IMG/VR virus record: IMGVR_UViG_3300044788_000047
Location: 1 to 62,705 of that record
Reading direction: 5' to 3' (one strand)
DNA length: 62,705 nt
Origin: a virus
Taxonomy: Duplodnaviria > Caudoviricetes
Under the pieces are notes generated by a model. That model worked only from the letters and a program-made list of their open reading frames with translations. It made no database searches and was not told the DNA's origin. Positions within the stretch are counted from its first letter, which is position 1. The number at the start of each line of letters is the position of its first letter. This document shows positions 35,674 to 45,588 of the stretch, piece after piece. The position numbers were made by a program, and so were the translations under genes.

Positions 35674-36396
35674 ATGACCTACAGGGAACGCAAAGAAGCC
35701 CGGCTAGAGAAGCGTCTCGACTGGGCGGCGGGGCGGCGCGAGAAGGCGGCGAGCCTCCGCGCCACCACCGACCGCTACCGCGGGGATGTGGCCTTCAACA
35801 CCCAGCCGGGGCATATCCCGGAGCGGGCGCGGATCATTCAGGCCACGGACAAGGCCGCAGAGCATCAGGGCATGGCCGCGGAGCATGAGAGCAAGGCCGC
35901 CGAGATCAGTCGGCAGCTTGACCGGAGCATCTACGACGACGACCCAGACGCCATCAGCCAGATTGAGGCGCGGATCACCAAGCACGAGGCGCAGCGGGCG
36001 CGCATGGTCCTGGTCAACAAGCTCTACAAGAAAGGGAACGCAGAAGGGCTCACAGCACTGGGACTCGACCTGGACAGGATCAAGGCCAAGCTCGCGGCGG
36101 CCGGCGGGTATTGGGGTAAGGCGCCCCATCTGCCCTACGAAATGAGCAACCTATCGGGGCGCATCGGCGCCGACCGGAAGCGCCTGGAAGCGATCAAGGC
36201 GCGCCAGGAGCGGGCCGCCCGGGCTGAGACAAGCGAGACGGGCGTGCTGATCGAAGGGGAGGCATGGGTGCGCGTGACCTTTGCCGAGAAGCCGGAGCGG
36301 AGCATCATCGAGGCACTCAAGGCGGCGGGGTTCTCGTGGGGCGCAGGGCACTGGATCGGCGAGCGGGCCAAGCTGCCCGCAGAGGTGACAGCATGA
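35674..36396 (+). CDS. DUF3560-like protein
   Basis: Y.ERKEAR...QPGH..ERAR...A.......SI..DDPDA...IE.RI...YE.SN....I...RKRL...V.F.EKP......LK..GF.W. Confidence 0.75.
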   Translation: MTYRERKEARLEKRLDWAAGRREKAASLRATTDRYRGDVAFNTQPGHIPERARIIQATDKAAEHQGMAAEHESKAAEISRQLDRSIYDDDPDAISQIEARITKHEAQRARMVLVNKLYKKGNAEGLTALGLDLDRIKAKLAAAGGYWGKAPHLPYEMSNLSGRIGADRKRLEAIKARQERAARAETSETGVLIEGEAWVRVTFAEKPERSIIEALKAAGFSWGAGHWIGERAKLPAEVTA

Positions 36397-36911
36397 GCAC
36401 ACGGGGCGCGATTGCCAAGCCACACGGAGACGGCTGGATCGGGCGGTATCACCACTCGGATTCCTATCCGAGTGGGCTGGGCGCGACGCTCTGGGAGGCG
36501 TATCACGGGCCCTTCAAGGGGGATGCCAAGGCGATGCAACGGTACTTTGTGGACGAAGAGCCCATCGCCTGGTCGTGTGTTGTAGGCGCGGATTTCAGCC
36601 TCCCGCCCGGGTGGGCCACTGGCGGACCGCGCTCGTATCGTGACCGAGGCGATGGGGAGACGCCGAGCAAGCCAATGATCTGTACCTGCCAAGCCTCTGC
36701 CGTCAAAGATGCGGAGTGCTCGCCCCTTTTCATCGAGTGGGCCTACGTCCTGACGGATGAGGCGATGGTGATCTATCAGGCCAAACCCGCGCCCTACAAG
36801 CGGACGCCGAAGGGGGAGGTGGACCCCGGTTATGTTCACGTCCTGCGGCATGTGATCCCGTGGCACGGTGCAGAGCCCAAGTGGGACGCGCTCGAATCTG
36901 AGGCGGCCTAG
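36393..36911 (+). CDS. Conserved phage hypothetical protein
   Basis: MSTRGAI...RYHHSDSYPSGLGATL...EWAYV; ATGA overlap. Confidence 0.65.
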   Translation: MSTRGAIAKPHGDGWIGRYHHSDSYPSGLGATLWEAYHGPFKGDAKAMQRYFVDEEPIAWSCVVGADFSLPPGWATGGPRSYRDRGDGETPSKPMICTCQASAVKDAECSPLFIEWAYVLTDEAMVIYQAKPAPYKRTPKGEVDPGYVHVLRHVIPWHGAEPKWDALESEAA

Positions 36912-37406
36912 CCATGCGCCGCCTGACTCCCCCATCCTGGTATCACGACGGCCGCGGCCCGAGCCTGACGTGTGAGTTGTGCCCGCGGAGCCCTCTGGAG
37001 TCCCCTGCGCCAATCTCTCAGACGCGGTGTCCAGCCTGTCACCTCCTGATCGAGGCCCACGAGTTGCTGCCCTGCCAGGGAGAAAGGATCAATACATGAG
37101 CCAGCACACACCGGAGTGTGAAAATAGCGGGCTCTTCCTCGTGTGTACTTGTGAAAAAACCATGAGCCAGCCCTGGGTCGTTTTGGGAGCCGGGCATCAT
37201 AAGGCCGTGTGCTGCATGAAAAACACTCACAACGAAGAAGAAGCCGCTGCAAACGCCCGCCTGATCGCCCAAGCTCCGGCGATGCGGGAGGCGCTGGACA
37301 ATGCGCTGACGTGGTGGCACTCGATCCCGCAGCACTTCAACGCTGCTCAAGAGCCGAAGTGGATAGCAGCGACCCGCGCCATCCTGGCCGCTACGCCGGA
37401 AACGCC

Positions 37407-37613
37407 ATGACGAACCCCGGCCGGTTCTACCAGCAGCGTGCGGCCTACGAGCGCGCGATGATCCAGGCCGCCATCTGCGAGCACAGGACGCACACCGCCG
37501 CGGCCAAGGGCCTCGGGCTCAACCGGACGTACATGCTGCGCCTGATGAGGAAGCTCGGCTTGAGCAAGCAGCATTCGCCCGTCCGGGTTTCCGAACGCAA
37601 GGCCGTGCGATGA
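37407..37613 (+). CDS. Stand-alone Fis-type HTH protein
   Basis: YERAMIQAAI......TAAAKGLGLNRTYMLRLMRKLGL, like the C-terminal domain of sigma54 activators. Confidence 0.75.
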   Translation: MTNPGRFYQQRAAYERAMIQAAICEHRTHTAAAKGLGLNRTYMLRLMRKLGLSKQHSPVRVSERKAVR

Positions 37614-37771
37614 GCGGCCCGGAGCTTTTCAAGAGGCGGAGAGAACGAGGTTGGACCCAAGCCCAGCTCGCCGTGCGCCTGTCCGTGGACCGCTCCACGA
37701 TTCAACGGTGGGAAAACGGCAAGGTGCCGATCCCAGAGAAGATGGCGAAGCTCATCCGGTTCACCTGCTAG
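37610..37771 (+). CDS. XRE/Cro-type HTH protein (53 aa)
   Basis: Manual translation MSGPELFKRRRERGWTQAQLAVRLSVDRSTIQRWENGKVPIPEKMAKLIRFTC. Confidence 0.8.
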   Translation: MSGPELFKRRRERGWTQAQLAVRLSVDRSTIQRWENGKVPIPEKMAKLIRFTC

Positions 37772-39269
37772 GAGGCGCCATGCGAACCTTTCTTGCTGTG
37801 ATGATCGTTGCCGCCGTTGCGGCGCTGGCCGGCGCTGTGGTCGTCTCGGTCAGACAAGAGCAGTGCGTTAGCGCCGTGCTCCGCGCACACTCCGAGCACC
37901 TGTCCACCTGGGAAGCGGTCGAGCTATGCCAGCGGAGGGCCGTCCGCTGAAAGCCTACACGCTCCGAGACTACGGCAAGGCGATGGGGATGAACAAGCGG
38001 GAGATCGAAACCTACAGGAAACAGTGCGCGTGGAACGACAAGATGGCGAAGATCCTGAAAACCGAACGCAAGCAGGAGGCTCAACCGAATGGCTAAGACG
38101 CCGTGGGTTATAGTCTATGACGCGACGGGAGCACACGGACACTCGCCTTACACGATGGAGTGTCAACGGTGCCACCAGGTCTATGTTCCGCCGATACCGA
38201 TGGCCGTTGATATGTTCGCCAGAAGCGCGCGCCGGTTCCAACGCGACCATGCGAGCTGCAAGGAGAAGGAGACGCCATGACCGAACGCCCACCGGCAGGC
38301 CGCCCCGATGCCCCGTTGTGGGCCGGGACGATGAACATCCTGAGCAATTACTACTACGCCGCCAACGTGGGCGTCGCCGTCCGCGCCCACTCCGCCCACG
38401 TGGCCGCGCGCCTCGCCGTCGCGGAGGTCCGCGCCAAGCTGCCGGCTAGAACGCGCGTCAAGGGGTTCATGTTGAAGCTCGAGCGCCAGCCGGCGGCGAG
38501 CGTAGCCAAGAAAGGACTGGCGCCATGAGTATGACGGCGCAAGAGATCCGTATCTGGCTCAACACGCTTGATGACGATGAGCGCGTGGCAATCGACGAGG
38601 GCGGCCTTACCCTGTTGGCCGAAGGCGGCGATTACCTCGAAGTCGGCGGGGAACCCGAGGGCGGGTGGCAATGATCGCCCTGCTCTGTGCACTCGCCATC
38701 TGCCTCAGCTCTGACGGCCCGGTCGAGTTGCCCCAGCCGCCGCCGTGGCTGCGGGCAGCGCCGTCCGTCGCAGACGTGCGGTGGAAGTTCACCGTCAAGT
38801 TTTACGGGCGCGAGATCATCGTGGACGGCTGGGAAAGCGAGCGCGAGTGCCGCGACATGAAGCGCCGGATGGAGCGGAACTTCCCCGATGCGCTCATTAC
38901 CGACTGCGAGATCAGCGAGTGAAAATCCTCATCGAACAAATCGCCGCCCTCTGTCTCGGCATCATCATCTTCGGCGGCTTGTTCCTTGCCTACGAGCTTG
39001 TTGTGGATCGAAGAATCAGTACGCCGACCGTTGGAGGGCTGGTACTTGCTGCCGCGGCTGCTTTTCTGATCCTCTTTTTCCTCTGGCGTACAGTCCGATG
39101 AGCGCCACCACGCAGCGCAACGAGGACACCCGGCGCCATGTATGCGGAGAGCTCCAGGCCCGTGGCCTTGGTGTTCACCTTGCGTGGGCGGTAACAACGC
39201 GGATTCCTTTACGATTGCTGCGACTGATGGAGCAACAGTGGAGTCCGGGAGCGCGCCAAAAGAAAAAGG

Positions 39270-39299
39270 TTGACGAGACCGCCGCCGTTGGCGTAGTGT
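39270..39299 (+). promoter_or_regulatory. Sigma70-type promoter candidate for the recombination/replication block
   Basis: A-tract then TTGACG-N18-TAGTGT. Confidence 0.5.
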
Positions 39300-39878
39300 C
39301 CCGTGCATCGTCACCACCACCCCTTACTTGAGGGAGATAGCGCATGACGCCTGAAGTGGAAGCCCTGAGAGATCAACTGTCCCACCGGATCGAGACCCTT
39401 CGGAAAGCGATCGACGAGAAGCGCGTCGATACCTACCTCTGCGAGCAGGAACGCCGCCGCCTGATGATGGGCAAGAAGCCGGCCGAGGTCCGCGCAACTC
39501 TCGGGGAGCACAAGATTGTCCTGGTCTGAGATCCTCGTCGGCGGTGCCTGGCTCTGTTTTGCGAGCTGGCTGATCTTGCGGGCCAAGCGGCTCGGCCGGA
39601 GACGCTGATGCTCTGGCTCCTCCTATTGCTGTTCGCGGGCTGCGCCCAGGCGCCGCCAACCGTGATCCCGCAGGTTGCCGCGCCGCCCTGCATGATCGGC
39701 CAGTTGACTCCCGGCGGTCTCATCGAGACCCCCTACGGTCGGCGCTTCGTGATGGTGCCGTGCGTGCAGCAGCCATGAGACTCCTGCTCGTTCTCATCGT
39801 CGCCGTCGAGGTGATCCGCCACTGCTGGCACGGCTCACCCGATCATCGTCCGCCACCGTTCAAGTGAGAGGAGACGTC

Positions 39879-40205
39879 GTGGATTCAGACGACCAAGCGA
39901 TCAAACGATGGGCGGAGGCGCTGACGTCCACCCTCTACGAGCTCGTCGATCGCCCGGATGACGTGGCGGTGGTCGTCACCGAATCCGCGAACCGCGCCCT
40001 GCCGGTCGAGTTTCTCATCCGTGTGCATCCCGAGGATGTGGGCCGCGTGGTCGGCCGGAAGCAACAGACGCTCGACGCCATGCGCGTCCTGATGAACGCC
40101 TGGCGGGGCCTCCACCGACGCGGCGCCTACCTCAAGGTCGATGGGCATATTGAGCTCGCAGGCGAGGGTGGGCGCGTGCTGACGGGGGAGCGGTATGGAC
40201 GCTGA
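39879..40205 (+). CDS. khpA: KhpA (UPF0109)-like KH-domain protein with degenerate GxxG loop
   Basis: LVDRPDDVAV...IRVHPEDVGRVVGRKQQTLDAMRVLM...LKV. Confidence 0.8.
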   Translation: MDSDDQAIKRWAEALTSTLYELVDRPDDVAVVVTESANRALPVEFLIRVHPEDVGRVVGRKQQTLDAMRVLMNAWRGLHRRGAYLKVDGHIELAGEGGRVLTGERYGR

Positions 40206-40394
40206 CCAGTGGGCGGCAGCGGCTACGGCCAAGATCGAGACGAAGAAGCTGGCTGCCGAGGCGGCCGCTGTCCTGCACTGCTCCATCGCCGCCCTCGAGG
40301 GGCCGGAGTTTCTTTCGAGGGAAAGACGGATGCAGATTGGTGAGCAGTTACGCGCTACCGTTGAGTTCATCGAACAGGTGGGAGCACGACTCGA

Positions 40395-40829
40395 ATGAGC
40401 GAGCGCGGGTGGAACCTACGCAATCGCTCGCGCATGGTCCCCGTGTGTCATCCTGAGCGGCCCCATCGAGCAAGAGGCTACTGCAACCAGTGTTATATGC
40501 GTCTCTGGAAACAGGGCGTGGCCCGTCGTCCGGCGTGGTGTCATAGCGACAGACCGGAGTGGGCGCGGGGGCTGTGTAAGCGGTGCTACGACTCGCGCCC
40601 GCGAGAAGGCTACGAAGCTCTGCTTGAGGCGCAGTCCGGGGTCTGCGACAACTGCGGCCGCGGAAACGGACGACGGCGGTTAGACATTGACCACGATCAC
40701 CGAACGGGAGTTCGGCGCGGGCTGCTCTGTTCCCCCTGCAACACGGCCCTTGGTCTTCTCAAGGAAGACCCAACTATCATCCTCGGGCTTATCGCTTATC
40801 TTGAACGACACAGGAGGATCGTCGCATGA
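40395..40829 (+). CDS. Endonuclease VII-like HNH nuclease with N-terminal zinc-finger repeats
   Basis: Q.GVCDNC...LDIDHDH.TG..RGLLC..CN.ALG. Confidence 0.85.
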   Translation: MSERGWNLRNRSRMVPVCHPERPHRARGYCNQCYMRLWKQGVARRPAWCHSDRPEWARGLCKRCYDSRPREGYEALLEAQSGVCDNCGRGNGRRRLDIDHDHRTGVRRGLLCSPCNTALGLLKEDPTIILGLIAYLERHRRIVA

Positions 40830-42091
40830 ACGCCACGAAGCCAACCAAAACCATCTTCGAGACCGGAGCCGAGATCGCCGATGAGCCGCAAGTGACCGAC
40901 GACACCGCCTTGGTGCCGAAGCGCGGCACCGGTCAGTCCATGATCGAGCGGTGGATGGAGACCGGCGCCGAGACCGCGATGAAGCGCATCGAGACCGTGC
41001 TCGACATGCTGGCGCGGCTCCGCAAGGCCAGCATCGCCGCCACGTACCCGTCCGACTGGATCATCCACACCAGCAAGGACGCCGACGGGAATATTCTGAG
41101 GCAGGTCGGCTATTTGCAGGACGTGGGCGCCGAGCGCGCTGGCAAGCCGTGGGGCATCAGCGTGGGCTCTCCCGCCATCGAGCGCGAGGACTTCCCAGAC
41201 GGCTCCTACTCCTACCATATGCTCTCGGAAGCATGGTCGAACGTCACCGGAGAGCGGCTCGAATACATCGAGGGTTCGCGGTGGAGTGGCGCGGGGTTCT
41301 TTGCGAACAGGAGCGGCCCGAACGAGAAGGTCGATCCGACGCATGTGCGTAAGGCGGCCTACGCCAACCTGCACGGGCGGGCTGTGCGCGCGCTCGCTGG
41401 ACTGAACGCCGTGCCGCTCGACATGCTCACAGCCTCCGGCATCGACACGGGCAAGGTCGTGATGATCGGCTACGACAAAGGCGCGAAGGGTGGTGAGTCA
41501 ACCGGCGCCGCCATCGGCACCGCTGACGTGACGATCGGCTGGGGCAACTCCAAGGGCAAGAAGCCGTCGGAACTGGCCGAGAAGGATTTGGAATACTACC
41601 TCGGCGCATTTCAGGCGAGCATCGAAGACCCCGACAAGAAAAAGTGGCTCAAGGGCAACCAGCGGATGCTCGACGCGCTCAAGACAGAGAAGGCGCGGCG
41701 GTCGGCACCGAAGGTCGAGGCTCCCGCGCCGGACAGGGACACGGGTCCAACTGAGGCCTCGACTGGCGAGGCCCCCGGGTCGGCAGCGCAAACCCCCGGT
41801 GAAAAACCCATCGTCCCCAAAGAACCGGCTAAGGCAGGTGATGAGCCTGCCCGGGAGCCGACTCCCAAATCCCGCGGCAAGCTCATCTCTGAAGTCTTCG
41901 ACCTGATGAACCGGGCGAACGAGAACAACCAGAAGCGGTCGGCGGCCACGCTCCGCGCGCTCTCCATGGACTTCAACCTGCCCAAGGAGACGAGCAACCT
42001 GTCGGACTTCACCGATGAGGCGCTGTCGAAGATCCTGCTCATGTCCCTGGCGGAGATCAAGACGTTCCAGGCCGCGGCGGGGTTGGTGTGA
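40826..42091 (+). CDS. Putative ssDNA-annealing recombinase (Rad52/Sak-like fold)
   Basis: YL...GAE...EGSR....F...VRKAAYAN...RAV....GL followed by a disordered tail; near an exonuclease. Confidence 0.5.
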   Translation: MNATKPTKTIFETGAEIADEPQVTDDTALVPKRGTGQSMIERWMETGAETAMKRIETVLDMLARLRKASIAATYPSDWIIHTSKDADGNILRQVGYLQDVGAERAGKPWGISVGSPAIEREDFPDGSYSYHMLSEAWSNVTGERLEYIEGSRWSGAGFFANRSGPNEKVDPTHVRKAAYANLHGRAVRALAGLNAVPLDMLTASGIDTGKVVMIGYDKGAKGGESTGAAIGTADVTIGWGNSKGKKPSELAEKDLEYYLGAFQASIEDPDKKKWLKGNQRMLDALKTEKARRSAPKVEAPAPDRDTGPTEASTGEAPGSAAQTPGEKPIVPKEPAKAGDEPAREPTPKSRGKLISEVFDLMNRANENNQKRSAATLRALSMDFNLPKETSNLSDFTDEALSKILLMSLAEIKTFQAAAGLV

Positions 42092-42288
42092 TGACCGCCA
42101 AAGAGGACGCACTCAACGCGCTCGACACGGCTCGCAAGATGCTGGACGCACCGGAGCCAATGGCAGGGCTCCGGCTGTCCCTGCTGCACAGCACGCTCGA
42201 CTTCGCCGCGTCCGCTATCGAACGGATCGAGGAAACGAAACGGCCTCGGAGGGCCAAGGCGGCCCCCACCACGGCACCGGCAGCGTGA
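42088..42288 (+). CDS. Hypothetical protein (66 aa)
   Basis: Coupled by overlap to both neighbours. Confidence 0.55.
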   Translation: MMTAKEDALNALDTARKMLDAPEPMAGLRLSLLHSTLDFAASAIERIEETKRPRRAKAAPTTAPAA

Positions 42289-42289
42289 C

Positions 42290-42784
42290 ATGCTCACCGC
42301 CAAGGTCCTCGACCCGCGCTACCACTATCGCCCACTGCAACACACGGCACGCGAGACGGCCTGGCTCATAGAGCTCGTGGCGCGGTGCCACCCCACGAGA
42401 AAGGAATGGCCGCGCGCCTACTGGTTCGCCTTCCCGACCTACGTCATCCAGCACCCGCGGCACCTCGCCCTGATCGGCTATAGCGCCGTGAGCGTCCAAG
42501 GCGCCCTCATGCAGGGCATTGACATGGGTGTGGACCCGGACTTCCGCCGGCGCGGGCTCGGGAAAATCCTCATGTTCTCCCGGCTGCGGCTCTGCCGGCA
42601 GCTTGGAATGGTGACGACCATCGTCGGACAGACGCAGGGAGAGAACGCCCCCATGGTCCACCTCTTCGACCAGGCGGGGTTCGAGCAGATGAACGTGGTC
42701 GAGGGCTACTACACGGACCTCGAGGGCGGTCCTCGGGACGCCGTGATCTTCGCGGGCAACGCCGACACCTGGAAGGAGACATAA
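42290..42784 (+). CDS. GNAT acetyltransferase (RimI-like)
   Basis: MGVDPDFRRRGLGKILM (motif A); EN.PM..LF...GF......GYY....DA. Confidence 0.85.
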   Translation: MLTAKVLDPRYHYRPLQHTARETAWLIELVARCHPTRKEWPRAYWFAFPTYVIQHPRHLALIGYSAVSVQGALMQGIDMGVDPDFRRRGLGKILMFSRLRLCRQLGMVTTIVGQTQGENAPMVHLFDQAGFEQMNVVEGYYTDLEGGPRDAVIFAGNADTWKET

Positions 42785-43782
42785 TGGCACCCGAGACCGT
42801 ACAGGACGACCCCGAGTACGCGCTGACCCCGGAGGGCTTTCATAGTACCTACCTGAACCTGCTCCGATCCGAGCGGAAGACCTGGCCCGCGCGTTCCTGG
42901 ACACCTTCGAACCTCGGGCATCCATGCGACCGCTTCCTCGTGTGGCGATTTACCCGATGGGACGAGCAGCAGGCCATCGAGCCCGAGCTCCAGGCGATCT
43001 TTCAGGAAGGCAACATCCACCAGCCTCACGTCTATGCCGCGCTTGAGCGTATGGGGTTCCAAATCCAGCGGGAGGACGAGAAGACGAAGCAGTGGGAGCC
43101 GTCGAAGGGCATCCGGCTCTCCGGCAGGATCGACGGCAAGATCCTCGGGTTCAAGGGCCAGAAGTACCAGCCGTCCATCATCCTCGAGATCAAGACCACG
43201 AGCCCCTACACCTTCGACGCGCTCAACACCATCGACGACGTGCGGAAGAACCGGGCGCACTACGTCCGCGCGTACTACGACCAAGACATCCTCTATTGCA
43301 TCCTCGAGGAGCGGCCGCGCGGGATCATGGTTTTCAAGAACAAGCAGACCGGGCTGCTCAAGGCCATCCCGTTCGAGCTCGACTACGACCGGGCGGAGTG
43401 GCTCATCAAGCGCGCCGAGCGGCTCCAGCCGATGGTGGACAAGAAGCTGGACCCGCCACCCATCGACTTCGACGCCAAAATCTGTGGCGACTGCGCCTTC
43501 AACCATCTGTGCTTCCCTGACAAGCAGGGCGGCCAGGGCGCGGCGCTGGTCGAGAACGCCGAACTCCTGATGCAGCTCGAGGAGCGGGCCGAGCTCGAGC
43601 CGATGTCGAAGCGGTACGATGCGCTGGACAAGGCCGCGAAGGACACGATCAAAGCCGTGATGGGCAAGGACGGGCAGGCGATGTGCGGGCCGTGGGCGAT
43701 CAAGGTCGCGACGCGGCCGCGGAAGAGCTACACCGTCGAGGACGGCGAGACAACCACCGTGAAGCTCTCGCGGATCGAGTGA
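42784..43782 (+). CDS. Cas4-like PD-(D/E)xK exonuclease with a four-Cys Fe-S motif
   Basis: PS.LG.PC.R, G...H, GRIDG, LEIKT, Q...Y, CGDCAFNHLC. Confidence 0.85.
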   Translation: MAPETVQDDPEYALTPEGFHSTYLNLLRSERKTWPARSWTPSNLGHPCDRFLVWRFTRWDEQQAIEPELQAIFQEGNIHQPHVYAALERMGFQIQREDEKTKQWEPSKGIRLSGRIDGKILGFKGQKYQPSIILEIKTTSPYTFDALNTIDDVRKNRAHYVRAYYDQDILYCILEERPRGIMVFKNKQTGLLKAIPFELDYDRAEWLIKRAERLQPMVDKKLDPPPIDFDAKICGDCAFNHLCFPDKQGGQGAALVENAELLMQLEERAELEPMSKRYDALDKAAKDTIKAVMGKDGQAMCGPWAIKVATRPRKSYTVEDGETTTVKLSRIE

Positions 43783-43797
43783 GCCGGCCATCCTCGC

Positions 43798-44769
43798 GTG
43801 GCGTTTCACTATATCCAGCAGGGGTACTTTGGCGACCGCGAATATCGGGCACTTTCGCGGGACGAGGGGTACTTCTCCGACTTCCTGTGGCAACTGCCGC
43901 AACTGAGCGGCGCCGGGGTCGGGCGGATCAGCCTCGGCATCATGGCCGCGGAGTCCTATGGCAAGTTCACTGTGGACGAGTGCCAGGCGCTGCTGACCGT
44001 GCTCCAGGCCAAGACACGAGTCCTCTACGACAATGAGTGGCTCTGGGTGGTCAACTACTTCAAGCACAAGCCAGAAGGGTCCAAGTGGGTGATAATTAGC
44101 GCGCGGCACTCCCTTCAGGAATGCGAATCGGCCGTGATCGTCGAGGGGTGGCTCAAGAAATACGGGCAGCTTGAGCGGGTCAAGGCGGTCATGGCCGGCA
44201 TGGTCTTCGGCAGATCCACGGACGACATCCCAGACGGCCCCCAGCCGTTCTTGGCCGGGATACAGGCCGAGCCTGCCGAACTCCGCCTGCACGCCGCCGA
44301 CGTCGATGCCGTGTGGATACACTACCAGAAGAAGATGAAGTCCGAGAGCTTCCTGACGCCGAAGCGCAGGCAGAAGATTCTCGAGCGGCTTCGGGAGAAC
44401 ATCGTCGAGGAGGGGGTGCCGCGGGTCGTCACGGTCGAGGATCTCATGCGCGCGATCTCCAACTGCGCCAAGTCCAACTGGCACATGGGGCGTGACCCGA
44501 AAACCGAGGGCCACAAGTACAATAGCCTCGAGGACCACATCCTCGTCAGCCAGGAGAAGTTTCTCTACTGGCTCACCTACGAGGCGGGGCAGGCCACGGG
44601 GCCTGGTGGCCAGCCGAAGGGCGAAGTGGTCCTCCGCGAGGAGACGCCGAGCCCGAGCGCGAAATGGACCGGCGACCGCACTCCCCCCGAAGAGGTCAAA
44701 GAGATCCTGAAGCGCACGAGGCGGAAGCTCGACGGGCCGGAGTCGAAGGAGCAGGTGTTCCGTGGGTAG
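43798..44769 (+). CDS. Putative replication initiator / replisome organiser
   Basis: N-terminal winged-helix-like region (..YD.EWLWV.NY.KH); C-terminal W..Y...LT.KR...I..RL...AI.N.....WH.G. Confidence 0.6.
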   Translation: MAFHYIQQGYFGDREYRALSRDEGYFSDFLWQLPQLSGAGVGRISLGIMAAESYGKFTVDECQALLTVLQAKTRVLYDNEWLWVVNYFKHKPEGSKWVIISARHSLQECESAVIVEGWLKKYGQLERVKAVMAGMVFGRSTDDIPDGPQPFLAGIQAEPAELRLHAADVDAVWIHYQKKMKSESFLTPKRRQKILERLRENIVEEGVPRVVTVEDLMRAISNCAKSNWHMGRDPKTEGHKYNSLEDHILVSQEKFLYWLTYEAGQATGPGGQPKGEVVLREETPSPSAKWTGDRTPPEEVKEILKRTRRKLDGPESKEQVFRG

Positions 44770-45076
44770 TCAGACCCGTCTCCCCTTCGCCCGCAACCGT
44801 AACGAGGACGCCTACCAGGAGTGGGCCGCCACGCATAAGGACGTGATCGTGCTTTTTCTCCAGTTCGCCCGCGAGCGCCTCGCCAGCGGCCGGCGCTTCG
44901 GCATCGGGGCCTTGACTGAGCGGGTCCGGTGGGAAGTGGCGACGACGTGGGGGCCGGACAAGAGCGGGTTCAAGATCAACAACAACCACCGGGCTTACCT
45001 CGCTCGTGATTTACTAAAGTTAGAGCCACGCTTGGCCAGACTCGTGACAACCCGCCGCGTGAAAGGAGACTCCTGA
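44762..45076 (+). CDS. Conserved phage hypothetical protein
   Basis: ERVRWE...FKINNNHRAYLAR....P.L motif. Confidence 0.6.
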   Translation: MGSQTRLPFARNRNEDAYQEWAATHKDVIVLFLQFARERLASGRRFGIGALTERVRWEVATTWGPDKSGFKINNNHRAYLARDLLKLEPRLARLVTTRRVKGDS

Positions 45077-45152
45077 TGCTCTACCTCTGGGTGTCCCTGT
45101 CGTTCTGTGCTGGCATCGTCCTCGGTGGGCTCTTGGCTCGCGCGGCGCAGGA

Positions 45153-45578
45153 GTGAAGCGCCTCGAGGTGTGGATCCCGGGTGCACCGCCCGGGCCCAAC
45201 CAGCGCGCCTCAACCACCCGCGGCCGGATGAGCTCGACCAAACGGCAGCGGGAGAAGGCCCAGATGTGCGCGATCAAGGCCCGGTTCGAGGCAGAGACGA
45301 AGCACCAGGGGCTCCATGCGGTCTTCCGAGGGCCCGCAAAAATCACCTTCGAGGTTCGGCGACGCCGGCTATTGGACGAGCTGGTAAACCTCCCTGCGAG
45401 CCTCAAGGCCACGCAGGATGGCCTCTGCAAGGCGGTGCTGCCACTCGGCGACGGCCCCACGGCCCCCTACACGTGGACGATCGTTCAGATTCGAGTAGGC
45501 AAGAAGTCAGAGGAGGGGGTGTTTGTTGAAATAGAGGAAGTAGATAGCCCTCCCTCGGCGGCCGTCACCACGGCATGA
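45153..45578 (+). CDS. RusA-like resolvase
   Basis: IPG.PP..N...ITF...R..D...N....K...DGL......D. Confidence 0.55.
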   Translation: MKRLEVWIPGAPPGPNQRASTTRGRMSSTKRQREKAQMCAIKARFEAETKHQGLHAVFRGPAKITFEVRRRRLLDELVNLPASLKATQDGLCKAVLPLGDGPTAPYTWTIVQIRVGKKSEEGVFVEIEEVDSPPSAAVTTA

Positions 45579-45588
45579 CGGGGCCTGC

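Noticed and set aside
34804-37301. Shared ARLIAQAPAMREAL segment in two early genes as a novel element
   Set aside because: This is a common short motif in small phage early proteins, and the DNA copies are diverged.
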